Positions 1 to 12,707 of a DNA stretch of 64,000 bases are shown here, piece by piece. The notes beneath the pieces were generated by a model. It saw only the letters and a program-made list of their open reading frames with translations, did not search any database and was not told where the DNA came from. Positions within the stretch are counted from its first letter, which is position 1, and each line of letters begins with the position of its first letter. Source of the DNA: Lingula anatina (taxonomy: Eukaryota > Animalia > Brachiopoda); the NCBI GenBank assembly GCA_051362555.1, contig CM120642.1, positions 4,030,001-4,094,000 of the forward strand, given 5' to 3'. Both the position numbers and the translations under genes were made by a program.

Positions 1-3000
1 TTTCCTACGGCAGCTGATCAGTTAATCCCTACTTTCATATACATATATATACACATTTACTTTATTTTCACCATTATCATAAAATCTTTTTCACTTTGGA
101 TTCAGTCCATAGTTTTTTTAAAGCACTCATTATTAGTTAAGAGAAGCTTTGTTTGAAATTGTTTGCACTTGTGTTATTAGCACTAAAAAAATTTCAGTTA
201 ACATGATAAAGGGCCACAAGCGGGGTCACTGAAAAAAGACATAATGTTATTCAGTGGTTAATGAAATCATTTTAAATTTGTCACATTGCATTTGAATGAC
301 CTAGTAGAATTTTAAAGTCTGCAATGGGTAGAAGCATGTTGGAAACCATTGGAATGCAGTTGATTTGAATTATTTCTTAATGTGGGTTGTTCTGCTGAAA
401 AAATTATTTTATAATCTAGCTGCAGGACAGTAAAATGGGGTTCAAATTTGATAACATATTTGGTTTATTGCTCTTGTTTGTTAGTTTTCAGCAAATTTTG
501 GTTTGATACCATTTGCTGCCAAGGCCTGTTCACATTTTACATGATCCTTTATGTGGTTATATATCTGAAATTTTGTAACAGAAGACAGATGGAGTTTGCA
601 GAATTATTGAGATGTATCAATTTTGTACATAATTTATACAGAGTTTAATATTTCCTTGCTGCCTTGTGGTATCGCTTGTTCTCGTATCATACATATTAAA
701 CAGTAATATGTCCATAATTCATAAGAAGTTAACTGTATTTAATGTACTGACCCTCATTAACAAGATCAGTAAGGGTTTTTTTTCTAATCAGTGCTTTGAT
801 AAGGCCTCAATTTTACCTTCCATCTTGAATGTGTCAGGGATGGGAATGGAAATTGCTTAAAAAGGGGAAACCATCTCCCTCAGAAGTTGCTGTTTTTGAG
901 GATGTACAAAATGTAACTTAAAAAGTTTTTAAAGCATTAATAGGAAATAATGCTGCAGAGGAGCTGTCATACCATCTCTGATGCATGTATAAATATCTGA
1001 CATCTTTTCAGATAGAAGTCTGTTAGCACTGAACAATTTTGAAGCCACTGGCAAAATTTTTTCAATACATTGCATTCTGGTTAAATCAATGTTTTGGAAG
1101 GATTTGGGTATTGTACTCATATACTATTAGCTATACCTAAACAAAGCGATCACAGAATTACTTATTTTTCCACATGGTGGTCATATTTCCTTTCAGAAGT
1201 ACATAGATTTATGGATGATTATTTCAATTTGAAAACTCTCAACATATCAAAACTTGCATTCCTTCTAGGCTAGTATTATATATTGGAAAAATAAGAGGGA
1301 TTTTTACATCTTTTGAAAGCTAAAGTCTCTCGTGGCAAGATTGGAAGTTATATGTAATGTAAGGAGGAAAGGTTTTGTGATGCAAGTTGATATATGTGAA
1401 CCTGCATGTCTTGGTAATGTCCAACGTTGTACAGTTCAATAGTTGGAAAAAATCAATCATTTGTCATGCCACATCTGCTTACCTTGGTGACAAATATAAA
1501 TCCAATTTATTGCCCAATTTTATTAAACAAAATATACAACCACAACTTTTTATCCTTTAAGAGTTTATAAAAGGACAGTACATTTAAAAGTGAAATACAG
1601 TAATGAGGTAACAATGCATCCATTAAGCTGTTAAAGTAAGGCTTTAATACTGGTGCTTAATATGGCTACAAAGTAACCAATTGTGCGTGAACTGCTTTGT
1701 AAAAAGTTAAAATATATACTGTGAAACAACTTATTGTATAAAGGCATTGTATGTGTCAATATTAATGTTATTTGGCGATGAATTGCTACATGAACTGTGG
1801 GCATTGTCTACTGACGGGTATTTTCTTATAAAATTTGAAAAACAATTGTAATGGATGTGTCATAACTGAAGTGGACTATTAAGTGGACAATCGTTTTGCT
1901 TGGTAGGGGTGTAAACATTGTAATGTTTATGAATAAAGTGGTTTGTTTTCCCAAGTGAGAATGTTTTGTTTACCTTGAAAGTAAAAATGACAATTTTCAA
2001 CAGACTTCACAAGCTAGTTTTAATAAAACTACAAACAAAAAGTACATAAATGACTTTGACTACTAATTTCTACAGCTTTTCATAATTCTTCTGCAGTCCT
2101 CTGGCTAGCAGCTGAAATACAGCACACAATCATTCATATTTGTCCATAGTTGAAATGGTTACACTTCATCAGTCCTCACAAATTCCAGGAATACACAATA
2201 AAAACTGTTCCAATGGGTTGCTTATACAATGTTCCAGTCGCCACTTTCTGTTATCTACATTATAAAGACGTGAAATTCACAATTAGACAAAAAAAAACAG
2301 CCTTTTCCTTTGAAACAACATTCATAATCCATTTCTTCAATGGGTAAACTGGACATCCAATAAGTACCATTCTTTTCTCCTTTTAAATACATTGTTTATG
2401 TACACTGTGCACCAACTGTAACCTTTGTCTTTCCTGCATTATTCAGTCTTTCATAAAACATCCTCTTCATCTCATGATAGCTTGTCAATCACAGTTGGCA
2501 CTGAAACAAAAAGAAGGCAATGTTTTAAAGGTGAATGTCATCTTCTTAGGCCTAAAAATGAACAAATGATTAAGTCTAGCTATAGACAGTCATTCTCAGT
2601 ACATTAATTTAACAAGTTCAGAGGTAAATAAGAGAAGCAGGGGTTATCATCTGGCTTTACTGGTGCAAGTGTAGATCTCTGTGTACTGTTATGACTACAA
2701 TACAACACAATACAATAGAGATACCAAGATGTGCTGATTAATCCAGTTTGTACAATATCCACTGAAAGTGTCATCACTCATCAGAAACCGCCTGTATAGA
2801 TTAGACAGATAAGGGTGATTTTAAGACGTATGAACTGACGAACCAGGATAAAACAATCCTAAGAAAGTTAGCATGGGAGCAACACATCAAACCCTACCCG
2901 CAAAAACGAAAAACGAAGGGACTAAGTAGCTCAACTGAGTCGAGTAAGGGGCTTCACTTTTACTTACGTGCTCGTATAACAACAACTGCTCCAACAAAAC

Positions 3001-3469
3001 ACGCAAATGTTTGTAACACTGCCGACCTAGCCATTTTTTCAAGCTGCTTCTGGTCAGGGACGCTCATCCCGGGCACTTTAGGCTGCATTCGGATCATTTT
3101 GATGCAAGATTTGTAACAGCGTCCTCAAAGAAGCGTGCTCTGGTTTAGCCGATTGGTTCCAAGGATCCAAATTTCCAACATTCCGTACGCACAGTCCTCA
3201 TGGAGATCATTATATATACAAATATTTACTGACCCATAAAATTAAGAGTTTATTACACTTATTTTATTTTATTTTGTTGATATGATTTTGGATTTATGTG
3301 TATGACTATATGCTTCTCTTTTGAAAAACAGGGCAATCTAAACTAGGGAACCAATCAAATATATATCTCACCTATCACACTTGATTTAATCCTCTTTTTT
3401 GGCACAACTATAGCATTGCTGTTTGTTGATGGACTACTATAGAACTAAGATCAATGTTACACAGTACTA

Positions 3470-4855
3470 CACACACTGGACAAAAGAAGTGTCACCCCTA
3501 CTGAGCCAATACTATGGGGGAGATAAATGACTGTGGAATAATATGCTCCTGGTATCATTTTATTAACATCAAATTTCACAAAAAATCACAAAATGAGAAC
3601 AAAATATACATTCTACCAAAATATGTAGTTTCAAGTCCAAAATTAGTACTTAGTGGCATAGCCACGTGACCTAATAATAGGTGCCAGTCTACGAAGCAAG
3701 GATTCATTTAATTGTCTGATGCGTTCAGGGCTTTTGCTGGCCCAAGCATGAAACACTGAATATAACAGAGTTTCTCTGCTGGTTGGACGGGCATTTGTAA
3801 AAAGTTTTGACATATCATTCCACACATTTTCTATTATGTTTGTATCCGGACTCTGGGCAGGCCACATCACCCTGCGAATGTCCTGTTGGTCAAACCAATC
3901 ATCAACTGCTCTGGGCCTGTGACAAGGAGCATTGTCATCCTGGTGAACAGATGGATAATTCCTTTTACCAAACATGTTAGTAATAGATGGTAGCAAGCCT
4001 GACTCCAAAACATCGAAATGTTTCTAGTGATTCACGTTTCCATTAACCACTATCAATTCGCCCAAGCCATGGATGCTGATGCAGCCCCACACCATGATGA
4101 ATATGCTGCTCCGGGTTCGAAAATTCAGTGCATGTGGTTCAAATGTTTTACCAGCAGGTTGCCAGCATAGTACCCGTCTGTCATCAGAGGTCAGACCAAA
4201 GCGACACTCATCAGAAAAAATATATAGGACCAATTGTCATGAACTGTCCAGTTCAAGATCCTGTTGACCCTAGTTTACTCTACGTTGCCTGTTTTGTAAC
4301 GATATAAGAGGTTTCAGTCTTGCTACCCTGCTGTACACTCTCTGAGCATGTAACCGACGCCTAGCAATTTTCACAGACACATTCTTATGTGTGAAATTGT
4401 TTCACTGTGTTGTCAACTGACAAGCAGTGTCGAACTTTGACAACCTGGACATCAAAATCAGTCGTCGGTCTTCACGGCCAGTATTTTTTCTTGGACGACC
4501 CATCAGAGGCAATTTGTCTCTTGATCCAGTGTTTCTATACCGAGACCAGACCCTCTGCACGGTTCTGACTGAACAATTCAATTGTATCGATATTCTGACA
4601 TTGCTTATATTCCGCCTCTTCAGGTTAATAACTTGCACCTATAACCGTTAGATAATTACCTGTATCTTGCCATACTGGAGGAAGACAGGAATAACATTTG
4701 CTGTACATGTACAAGCCCAACAATACAATTCCATGGTATAGCGGTTTTATACTCATTAGTCACATTATAAGTAGACCAGGCATTATAAGTACCCAAGATC
4801 TGCCTACGTTCATTACTCTGAGTTAGGGGGTGACACTTCTTTTGTCCAGTGTGTG
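3470..4855 (-). mobile_element. Tc1/mariner DNA transposon (DD34E), full length but defective
   Basis: TIRs CACACACTGGACAAAAGAAGTGTCACCCC at both ends; TA TSD at 3468-3469 and 4856-4857. ORF pieces 4402-4638 (HTH, GRPRK), 4024-4233 (FSDE, MVWGCI) and 3643-4008 (QDDNAPCH...WPAQSPDTNIIENVW, 34 residues between D and E). Interrupted by stops and frameshifts. Confidence 0.95.
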
Positions 4856-5483
4856 TACCTTTTTAGAAAATCATAACAGTGTGATCAACATTTTGCTTGT
4901 AAAGTAAAATAGAAAAAAAAAAACAAAGTAAAGCATGAGGAAACATCTTGAACATTGTCCACAAGGAAGGCAAATTTATATCATTATCATACAAAACTTC
5001 AAGATAGCGAGTTTCTTCATTTGGGAAATTTAAGAGAGGTAGGCCTACTTGAGCAAAGGAAGCATTTTTTATCAACAGCAAGGAATCTGTGGAACTTTTC
5101 ATTATTCCTTCTTTTTATTAATGCAGGTTTTGTGTCTGAATGACATCTTCATGATAAAACTACAAAGCAAATTAATGTTTCTTTTTTAAAGACAGTTATA
5201 TTGGTACCATTATTAAAACGTAGATCTGTGTAGATAATATAATTATACAGTAGGGCCTATTTGTGTCCCTGCAAACTGAAAGCTCTTATCTCTTTGAGAC
5301 AGCAATCTTAGGTCCAATAACGTTAACGTTCTATAGGCCTATTATAGTATATGTAAAATATGTATATTAAAGAAAAAGTTATACGCAACCAGTCACAAAA
5401 AGTACATAATTTCTGTGATATTCTCAAACTTTTTTAAATGAGTCCGTTCAATTTTCTTGAACGCAGATTCTACATAACCGTAA

Positions 5484-6105
5484 CAGGGGCGTAACCAGAC
5501 CTTTAAAAATTGACCTTTAAAAATTCCCAGCAAAATGTAGACTAACGCAAGAGATGAAGGACAGCGTAATTACAGCATATGTACCACACATCGCAGCTTA
5601 ATTTTCATTAATAATAAAATCATCATTTAGTCAGAAATATTCTAGCAATTAAAAAAGTTTCAATATTCTTATTACCCAGAACGATATAGGCCTATTTATT
5701 TAAAAGGAGGCTAGCTTCGCATATGTGGAACCCCCTTCGAATAATCCTGGATCCAACTCTGAGTTGAACTAACATACGGTTTCATTCGCCTTAAATGTGG
5801 ATGCATGGCTCCCAAAAACAACCAATTGTACGACACGACAGAGCATCTAAGTTTAATTATTTGTTTGTAAAAGTTGCCCATGTCACCCTGTTAGTTTGGA
5901 GGGGTAAGCTGGGTCAAGTCCGTGTCAAACAATAGTGCCTATACAATTGATACAGAGGATTTGTACATACAGGTGACTTTAATAAGCAGAGGATTTTCTT
6001 TTATATTCCGTGAAAAATACACTAAATTTATATAAAATAATATCATGGTTGGCAAAAGAAATTGTACGCACAGTGCATCCGTGCGTATGCCTAGTTACGC
6101 CCATG
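5484..6105. mobile_element. Non-autonomous TIR element (MITE-like) just 3' of the membrane-protein stop codon
   Basis: Termini CAGGGGCGTAAC / GTTACGCCCATG; 5-bp direct repeat CGTAA at 5479-5483 and 6106-6110; no coding capacity. Confidence 0.6.
5661..5929 (+). repeat. Dispersed ~270-bp repeat, copy 1 (copy 2 at about 61646-61916)
   Basis: CAATATTCTTATTACC...AAAAGGAGGCTAGCTTCGCATATGTGGAACCCCCTTCGAATAATCCTGGATCC...GGGTCAAGTCCGTGTCAAA occurs at both sites with few differences. Confidence 0.85.
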
Positions 6106-6118
6106 CGTAAAATACAGT

Positions 6119-9100
6119 TTATACATCGCTATTATTGCCACTAGTAAACTCTAATTTTGGATCGTGACTATTGCTTGCTCGAAGTGCCTCTTCATAAGTT
6201 GGCAAGCGTTGATCATGTGGTTCTCTTGGTGTTGGAGGACCAAATTGGTCGGTGCTGACATCTGGCGACGAGAGAGTCTGACTGTATGGCGGTGGCAGAT
6301 CTTCGCCCAAAAGATCACTGCCAAAAGCGTGGTTTCTAAAAACGTCTGGAAGATAAAACGTGCCTATTTGTTAGCATTCAATACTTCGGTGGCACAAACT
6401 CGTAAATCACAGATAAGAGTTTCCCCACTTTCATATGTCAACACGTATCGTGTATCATTTACCGGGATTTTTCAAACGTTTATTCTTAAATGCAAAGAGG
6501 ACGATTGACTTGCGCCAAGATAGGGGTGGTCAACTTAGCATATACATTTAACGAAAAGCCTTTTTGCAATCCTAATTAAAATGAATAATGAATTTCTGAA
6601 GTGAAAAGTTATCTTAAAATACTTCCACTCAATAATGTTAACGTTGATCTCGATAAAACACAAAAAGCAACGTCACTTATGAAATTTGTAAGGGAAAAAG
6701 TATTTTAGGGCGTCTCTGAGTCTGGAAATCGAAAGAAAGATGGTCGTTTAGTACGAGGAATATGACGTCAAGAAATACGCCATTCGTGCCTCTTCACCCT
6801 AAAATCTCGATCGAGTAGGGCGCACTCGGTAGAATCACAAAAATATATATTTGTTTTGTGACCAATCATCGTTATATCGCCATGTAAAAAAGTTACCTAT
6901 GTGTCCGGTGTCAGAAGAGCCGGTGTTCCTCGCCGCTGCCGCTGCTTCCTTTCTTCGTTTCCTGTAGCCAAGGCAGAATGCGCCTATACTCATTAACAGA
7001 GTAAAAAAAGTCGCAGACATGGCGATAGCTATCACATTTGGCCCGGCGTCCCCAGGTACCCCATGTTCTTCAACTGGAAGGTCAATTTATTCAACATATG
7101 ATCCTAAAGTTACATAGAAAATATAAATTAATGGTTATTTGTAAGTTGTTTTATCTAATTATCTTACCTCTTTGTTTTGCAACCAACGCCTCTCTATGAG
7201 TACTATATTCATCTAATGATTTTTCCCTCTTTTTTGCAAACTTTACCTCTAATGCATGACAATTAGGCCTTTAATAAATTTGTTCTTACTTGTATATGTG
7301 CAATGGTGAACCTACAATATATAGAATGCAAATCTGAGCTGTTTTAATACCCAGTGGACTATATCATGCCAATATACGGTTTTGCATTCTATGAATGATA
7401 TTTTCCATAATGATAATAAACAAAATGACCACTCATTCCATCCGAATTTTCATAAATGCATTTTGTTCTGCAGCTAATAAGTCTTAAAATGCAAATAACA
7501 AAAAAGCATATTACACATATTATAGAAAGCAATGCCACAGAGCCGGTGGGGAAAGTACTTCTGTCTTCTTCGAACCACGTGAATCGGGTCCTGTTCAACT
7601 GATCCGTTTCCCAAGATGGCGGCTACCACCAGTGTTCTGCCTATGCCATTATACCGCAGAGAGTACAGTTGTTCTTTCCTCGTAACCACCACTACAGTAA
7701 GGCCGCTGTCATCACTGGAGTACACGGCGTCGAACGTAAAGTAGGGAGGGGCAAACCTGCAATCTGCGGTCAGTGGTAGTTGGATGGCACCCTCTAACTG
7801 ACCACCTGTTGTGCTGAAATAATAATAGCCAACACATGTAAGGTTATTCACATTATTATATGATGTAAAAGATCCACCCTGATGTTTATGGCTTAAGTTC
7901 AATATTTGAAGAAAGAGTTAACCTGTTTAACTGAAAAAGCACTAAGGATATATTTCATATTTCAAAGGCATACCGGGCGATTTTTTTTTTCTTTTTTTGA
8001 AAAAAGTTTGTTCATACACTCTTGACCTATCCCCTGCGCCCATTTTAATAACAACGTCTACCGGTAAATAGTGACTGTTTAATTTGTTACTAAAAATTCA
8101 GAAAGAACATTAGGAATCAAAGTCACGGATGTAATGCTGTATTCTTACTTGTACACCAAAACGGCGGCCATGTCGTCCTTCAAAGCTAACAATGTGTTGT
8201 CTTGTGTTTCAGCAAAGCTGGTGAAATCTGAGTATTCATCTAGTGAAAACTGCTTCTGCAAGTCCTCTTTTGTTGAACTAGAGGCGTCCAGCACTGCCCC
8301 ACTGCTGCAATAGATGTTCTGTCCGGAATGTTCAAACCAGATCGGCTGGCACACCGAGATGGCGATCTTTTTATCCAAGAGGGACAAATCTCCGCTGCTG
8401 TTTATCTCAAACTTGTACAGGTATCTGGGGGCTTGCTGCATGGTGGGACAGTAAAGCCAGATCTGGTTTGGGTGAAGGTAGCACGTGGGCGAACCTCTCA
8501 GAGGCCCACCCTGAGCAGACACGATGCCAGACACGGAGTCCAAACGCCAGAAGTTCACCAGGTAGGGGTTGCTGGCATTGCCGTGTTTGGGGAATATGAA
8601 TATGTGTCTGCCTCGGATCACAGCATTCCATGAGTCGTAAGAAGGAACAGGGTAGGTGCTGTTGGAAGCAACGCGGCGCGGTGAGGCGGTAAGGTGAAAC
8701 GTCGAGACGTAACTATTGTGAATGACGGCAACCAGTGAACAATTGTCATTTACGGTGATTTTTAAACCAGGCAGTGGCAGCTGAATTACGTGGATGTCGT
8801 GACTGGTGGTATTAACAAGGTGTAACTCTGCGTACCGTAGTCCTATGAAAAGCCCCCCATCATGCAAGCACGCCGCGTGTTGGTCGTAGAGAATGTCTTT
8901 TCTTTCATTACTGGACGTGCTCAGTATGGTCGTGATATGGTCACCTGGGTGCCGCCAGACGGAAACCGCCACTGCAAAGGAAAGACATGATTGTTACCTT
9001 TACCAGACGATTATCGATCAACAAAAGCATGTAAAAATTAAATCGAGAAATGTGATTGTGTAAAATAGCCATTGGTGTCAATTGATGAATTTGCCAACTC

Positions 9101-11074
9101 TAGCAACTTTCTCTCTACCATCGACTTAATCGTGCATTTTCATATGAAAATTTAAAATAACACATCTTTTCTTAACTTTACTGAGAAGTATAAAATAACA
9201 CGGGCAAAAATGCCATAGAAATACGTCGAAAATTGACCTCGCCAAGATACATGTACATGTATCCCTAGCCTGTACTTCAAGTGATTTATTTCATCACTGT
9301 GATCAAAATTGTTTCATTTCCTTTATACGGAATTGCCTATATTTCTCTCTTTACTCACACCCAGGCGATTAACTCTTTTCGATGCTGCAAAAATTATCGA
9401 ACCAAAATCACAATTACAGCCCGCATTATCATCCTAGCAATATCACCTTCTTTCACCCTTTTCTAAAAATTCCAACGGTCTATTCTTAAGTAGACCGTTG
9501 GAATTTTTTGAAAAAAGTGAAAGATTAAAAAAATTACAAATAATAACCGACGACTGTCTTTGTCTTGAAAACGTGATAACCATCTTCAAGATATATAAAA
9601 CAATGGCCTACCATTTGAATCGTAAAGTAGGGACGCCTCCGGGACTGGAAGAGGTTCAACCGAAACTCTGACCCAGTAAAGACTGTCCGGTGTTTTACAC
9701 CTTCCAAGCATGGCCACGATATATCCGCCATGATTACTATGACGCATAATTTCCATGGAGACCAGTTCTGTACTGCTGAGGTGTGTGTTGGGAATCACGT
9801 GTATCTCTTTGGACTGGAGACCGTTCAGGTAAGGCCAACTAAAATATGACGGTGACATGAAATTATCATAACAAAACAATTCTTTGAAAAACGAGAGAGC
9901 CAAATTTTGAAAATTGCTAAACATATCAAAATTCCGAGTTGAAGAGCTAATATCTATTTATCTTATTGCAGAAAAGTTTGTTTGGAGGAGGTCAAAATTA
10001 CACGGTTTGTTAAGATTGCACAAATTAAGGCCGTACTGTTAATAACATTAATGGAAAAACGCCTTATTTACTGTACCTATACACGTGGATGTGTTCGTTA
10101 TCCCCGCTTTTAAACCCGTAAACATAGTGGGGCGGCTCTGGAGACTGGACCAACCATTTGTACGGCGTTGTGGAAGAGTTAACGTAGCCTCTCCCTTCGA
10201 GGTCACTGCCAGAAACGTCACTGGACTGTAACACGTGACCGCTGTCCACTATTATTCTATTTAATTCTTTGGTGGGAAAGGCAAAGTTCGCCACTTCAAA
10301 GTAACGTTTGATTTCCAAGAACCGCGTAGCGCAGAAGGGTGCAGAGATATCGAATATGATTATTTTGGTCCTCGTGTCTCCTGTTGGTAGCACATACAGA
10401 CGTGTGTTTTGGGCGTTGACGACGACTCTGTAAAAGTGGAACTGCAGACTACAGTCGCCGTCACAGAAACGTAAAGACTCACTGGTTGACAACTGGTTGC
10501 GTAAGTCGACGCATTTAAGCGTCATATTTGGATGATGATCTTCTAATACGTAAACACGATTTGAATCAGCAGATATTTTATGATCGATGATTTGATTACC
10601 ATCAGCTATATGGAGCCGTCGGATGGGGTTGCTTTCATTATCTCCGAATATAAGCAATCCTACGTTTTGTCTAGCTGAAAACAAGAACTTGCAGTTGGGA
10701 CTGAACTCGAAAGAAGATGTCTGTGAAGAATCATAAGCACCTATAGAATCTCGGACATTTACCCTTCTTATGGTCGTCTTGCTTGTGAAATTATATAGTT
10801 GAATATCACTAGTTACTGGACAGAATGCTGCAATGGTAAGAGCGCTGTAGCTGTCTGGATTACATATTCTAGTTACTAATGGTGTGTCAGCGCAATCTTC
10901 GTGTATGTACCACGTGTTGGTATCTTCTGATAGATAGCTAACTCGTGACGTCACTTCTGGTGAAGTCACTTCACACGTCACGAAAATGCCGCAGTACTTG
11001 AAAGTCCAAAACGTCACCAGTGTTAAAAAGACTAAGTGCCCACCTTGGCATACTGCTCTTCTGGAGGCAGCCAT
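6119..11074 (-). CDS. Uncharacterised type I transmembrane protein: signal peptide, two beta-propeller-like ectodomains, TM helix, PY-motif tail
   Basis: Phase-compatible exons 11074-10077, 9838-9612, 8971-8149, 7813-(end uncertain, about 7650-7430), 7073-6897, 6345-6119; all defined junctions are GT-AG. N-terminal hydrophobic leader (LVFLTLVTFWTF..C), TM VIAIAMSATFFTLLMSIGAFCLGY followed by RKRRK, tail with LPPPY and LPTYEEA. Confidence 0.8.
9450..9524. repeat. Near-perfect palindrome/hairpin in intron 2
   Basis: AAAAATTCCAACGGTCTA ttcttaag TAGACCGTTGGAATTTTT, extended imperfectly by CTTTCAC / GTGAAAG. Confidence 0.8.
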
Positions 11075-11976
11075 AAGGGGATGCTGAGGTTATGTAATCT
11101 GACGAATAGTGGACTCCTCACTTATGAAGCACACCACGGGTTCATTTACTAACACTGTCTGCTCCCATTAACACTGCAAGAACAGTTTTCTTACAGTTCT
11201 CACATTTTTTGTAAATAAGCACGACAAAAGATGACATGCGCTATATAGACACATGGCGATACATTTACTGGTATTAGTGCGTTGTGCATGTTCATATACC
11301 CAGTAGAAGTAGGCGCAAAATTAATTAAGTTGAAGTGTCCTGTTGTATCCCTGTAGATTCTTGCCTATTGACAAACATTCTTGACAAACATTTATACCGA
11401 TTGTACAAAGTACTGTACAGTTGTATATGTTCCGTAAGTGTATAGATCTATAATTTTTGTACATGTACTGTATGGCGAATACATACATGTATGTATGTTA
11501 AACCTGGGCCATTATTTTACGTCCGACGTGCTGTAACTGCTCTAGGCCCTAAAACATTCATGTACTAGTATATGTGTAGTGTCACAAAACATACCACTGT
11601 ACATAGTGTCACAAAACATACCTCCAGCGGAGAACATACGTTCTATACTCTGTAGAGCATGTATTACGCGGCGAGCCTAAACGGTTTCGCACGTCGTAGG
11701 CTTCTTTCTCAATTAAACCGACACGTTGTGTAAGTTGTTTAAATACCTGTCTCAAGTCTCTTGAGCTGCAGTCTCATATCTAAACCGGCCCAAGAATTAT
11801 AGCCTCCTAACGAGCGTGATGCAAATGGCTGATGTACATGTCCCATATCCTTGTAACAGTGTCACCTGTGTTGACCTACTTTAGCATAACCAAAACATCA
11901 GGTGTTAACAACGAGGTCAAGGTCACAGTGCTCACGTTCACTTCCTTCGGGGACCTGTTCCACTTGAGTCTGAAAG

Positions 11977-12157
11977 CAAGGGCGGATCCAGGATTATATG
12001 TAGGTTGGGGGGGGGGGGAGGATTTGTTTTTTGTTTAGAATTATGGTTCAGCAATGAAAATTCTAATTACAGGAGGGGACCATACGTGTGATTTTTTTAG
12101 AAATAGAAGAGGGGGTCAGGAACCCCTGCCCCCCCCCCCCCCCTAAGTCCGCCACTG
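11977..12157. mobile_element. Short MITE with CA.GGCGGA termini
   Basis: CAAGGGCGGATCCAGG ... CCTAAGTCCGCCACTG with internal poly-G and poly-C; flanks GAAAG / GAAAA resemble a degenerate 5-bp TSD. Confidence 0.5.
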
Positions 12158-12421
12158 GAAAATTGACCTCAACTTTTCGTCTTATGGTTTGGTCCACTTT
12201 TGTCCAAGATACATCAGTAAAAGTTCAATTAACCTTTTTTAGAACAAGAAACAGTTCACGCATGGATATTTTTTTAAGCCGATGTTGTAGGCCTACTAAC
12301 ATGGACTACTTTGGATTTGACTATAAATGAAGGAGACTGCATTTTTGTCTAAAAGTTCTGATTAAAGTTAGTGCTTCAGCTCGACGTGTATTGTGAGTTG
12401 AGCTCCTATAATCGTAGTCTA

Positions 12422-12707
12422 ACCCGCACAAAAATGCAGCAGTATCGAAGTAGCAAAGAAGCATTAACGCAGTAGTGGTGTGGAGCATATTTGCAGTAGA
12501 AATGCAGTATAGCCTACTGCAATTCTACTTCAAAAATTACATAGGGTTGTACAGAGGAGGAGCATCAATGCAGTAGATTAGCAGCATGATAGAAGCATGT
12601 TTCAAATATGCTAATTAGCTCCCACATCGAAGCAGATTTGAAGCATGTTTGCAGTATGATTGCAGTAGTCTACTGCGCTGTTGTATCTACTTCGTTTTCG
12701 TGCGGGT
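12422..12707. mobile_element. MITE with ACCCGCAC termini and internal GCAGTA/GAAGCA repeats
   Basis: ACCCGCACAAAAA at left, TTTTCGTGCGGGT at right; short motifs repeated throughout the interior. Confidence 0.6.

Noticed and set aside
1-3300. Possible decayed Harbinger/ISL2EU-type element or spliced gene remnants (donor at about 2967, acceptors at about 2501 and 2112 on the minus strand)
   Set aside because: All frames are broken by stops, and I could not establish a convincing motif or termini by eye; needs TBLASTX.
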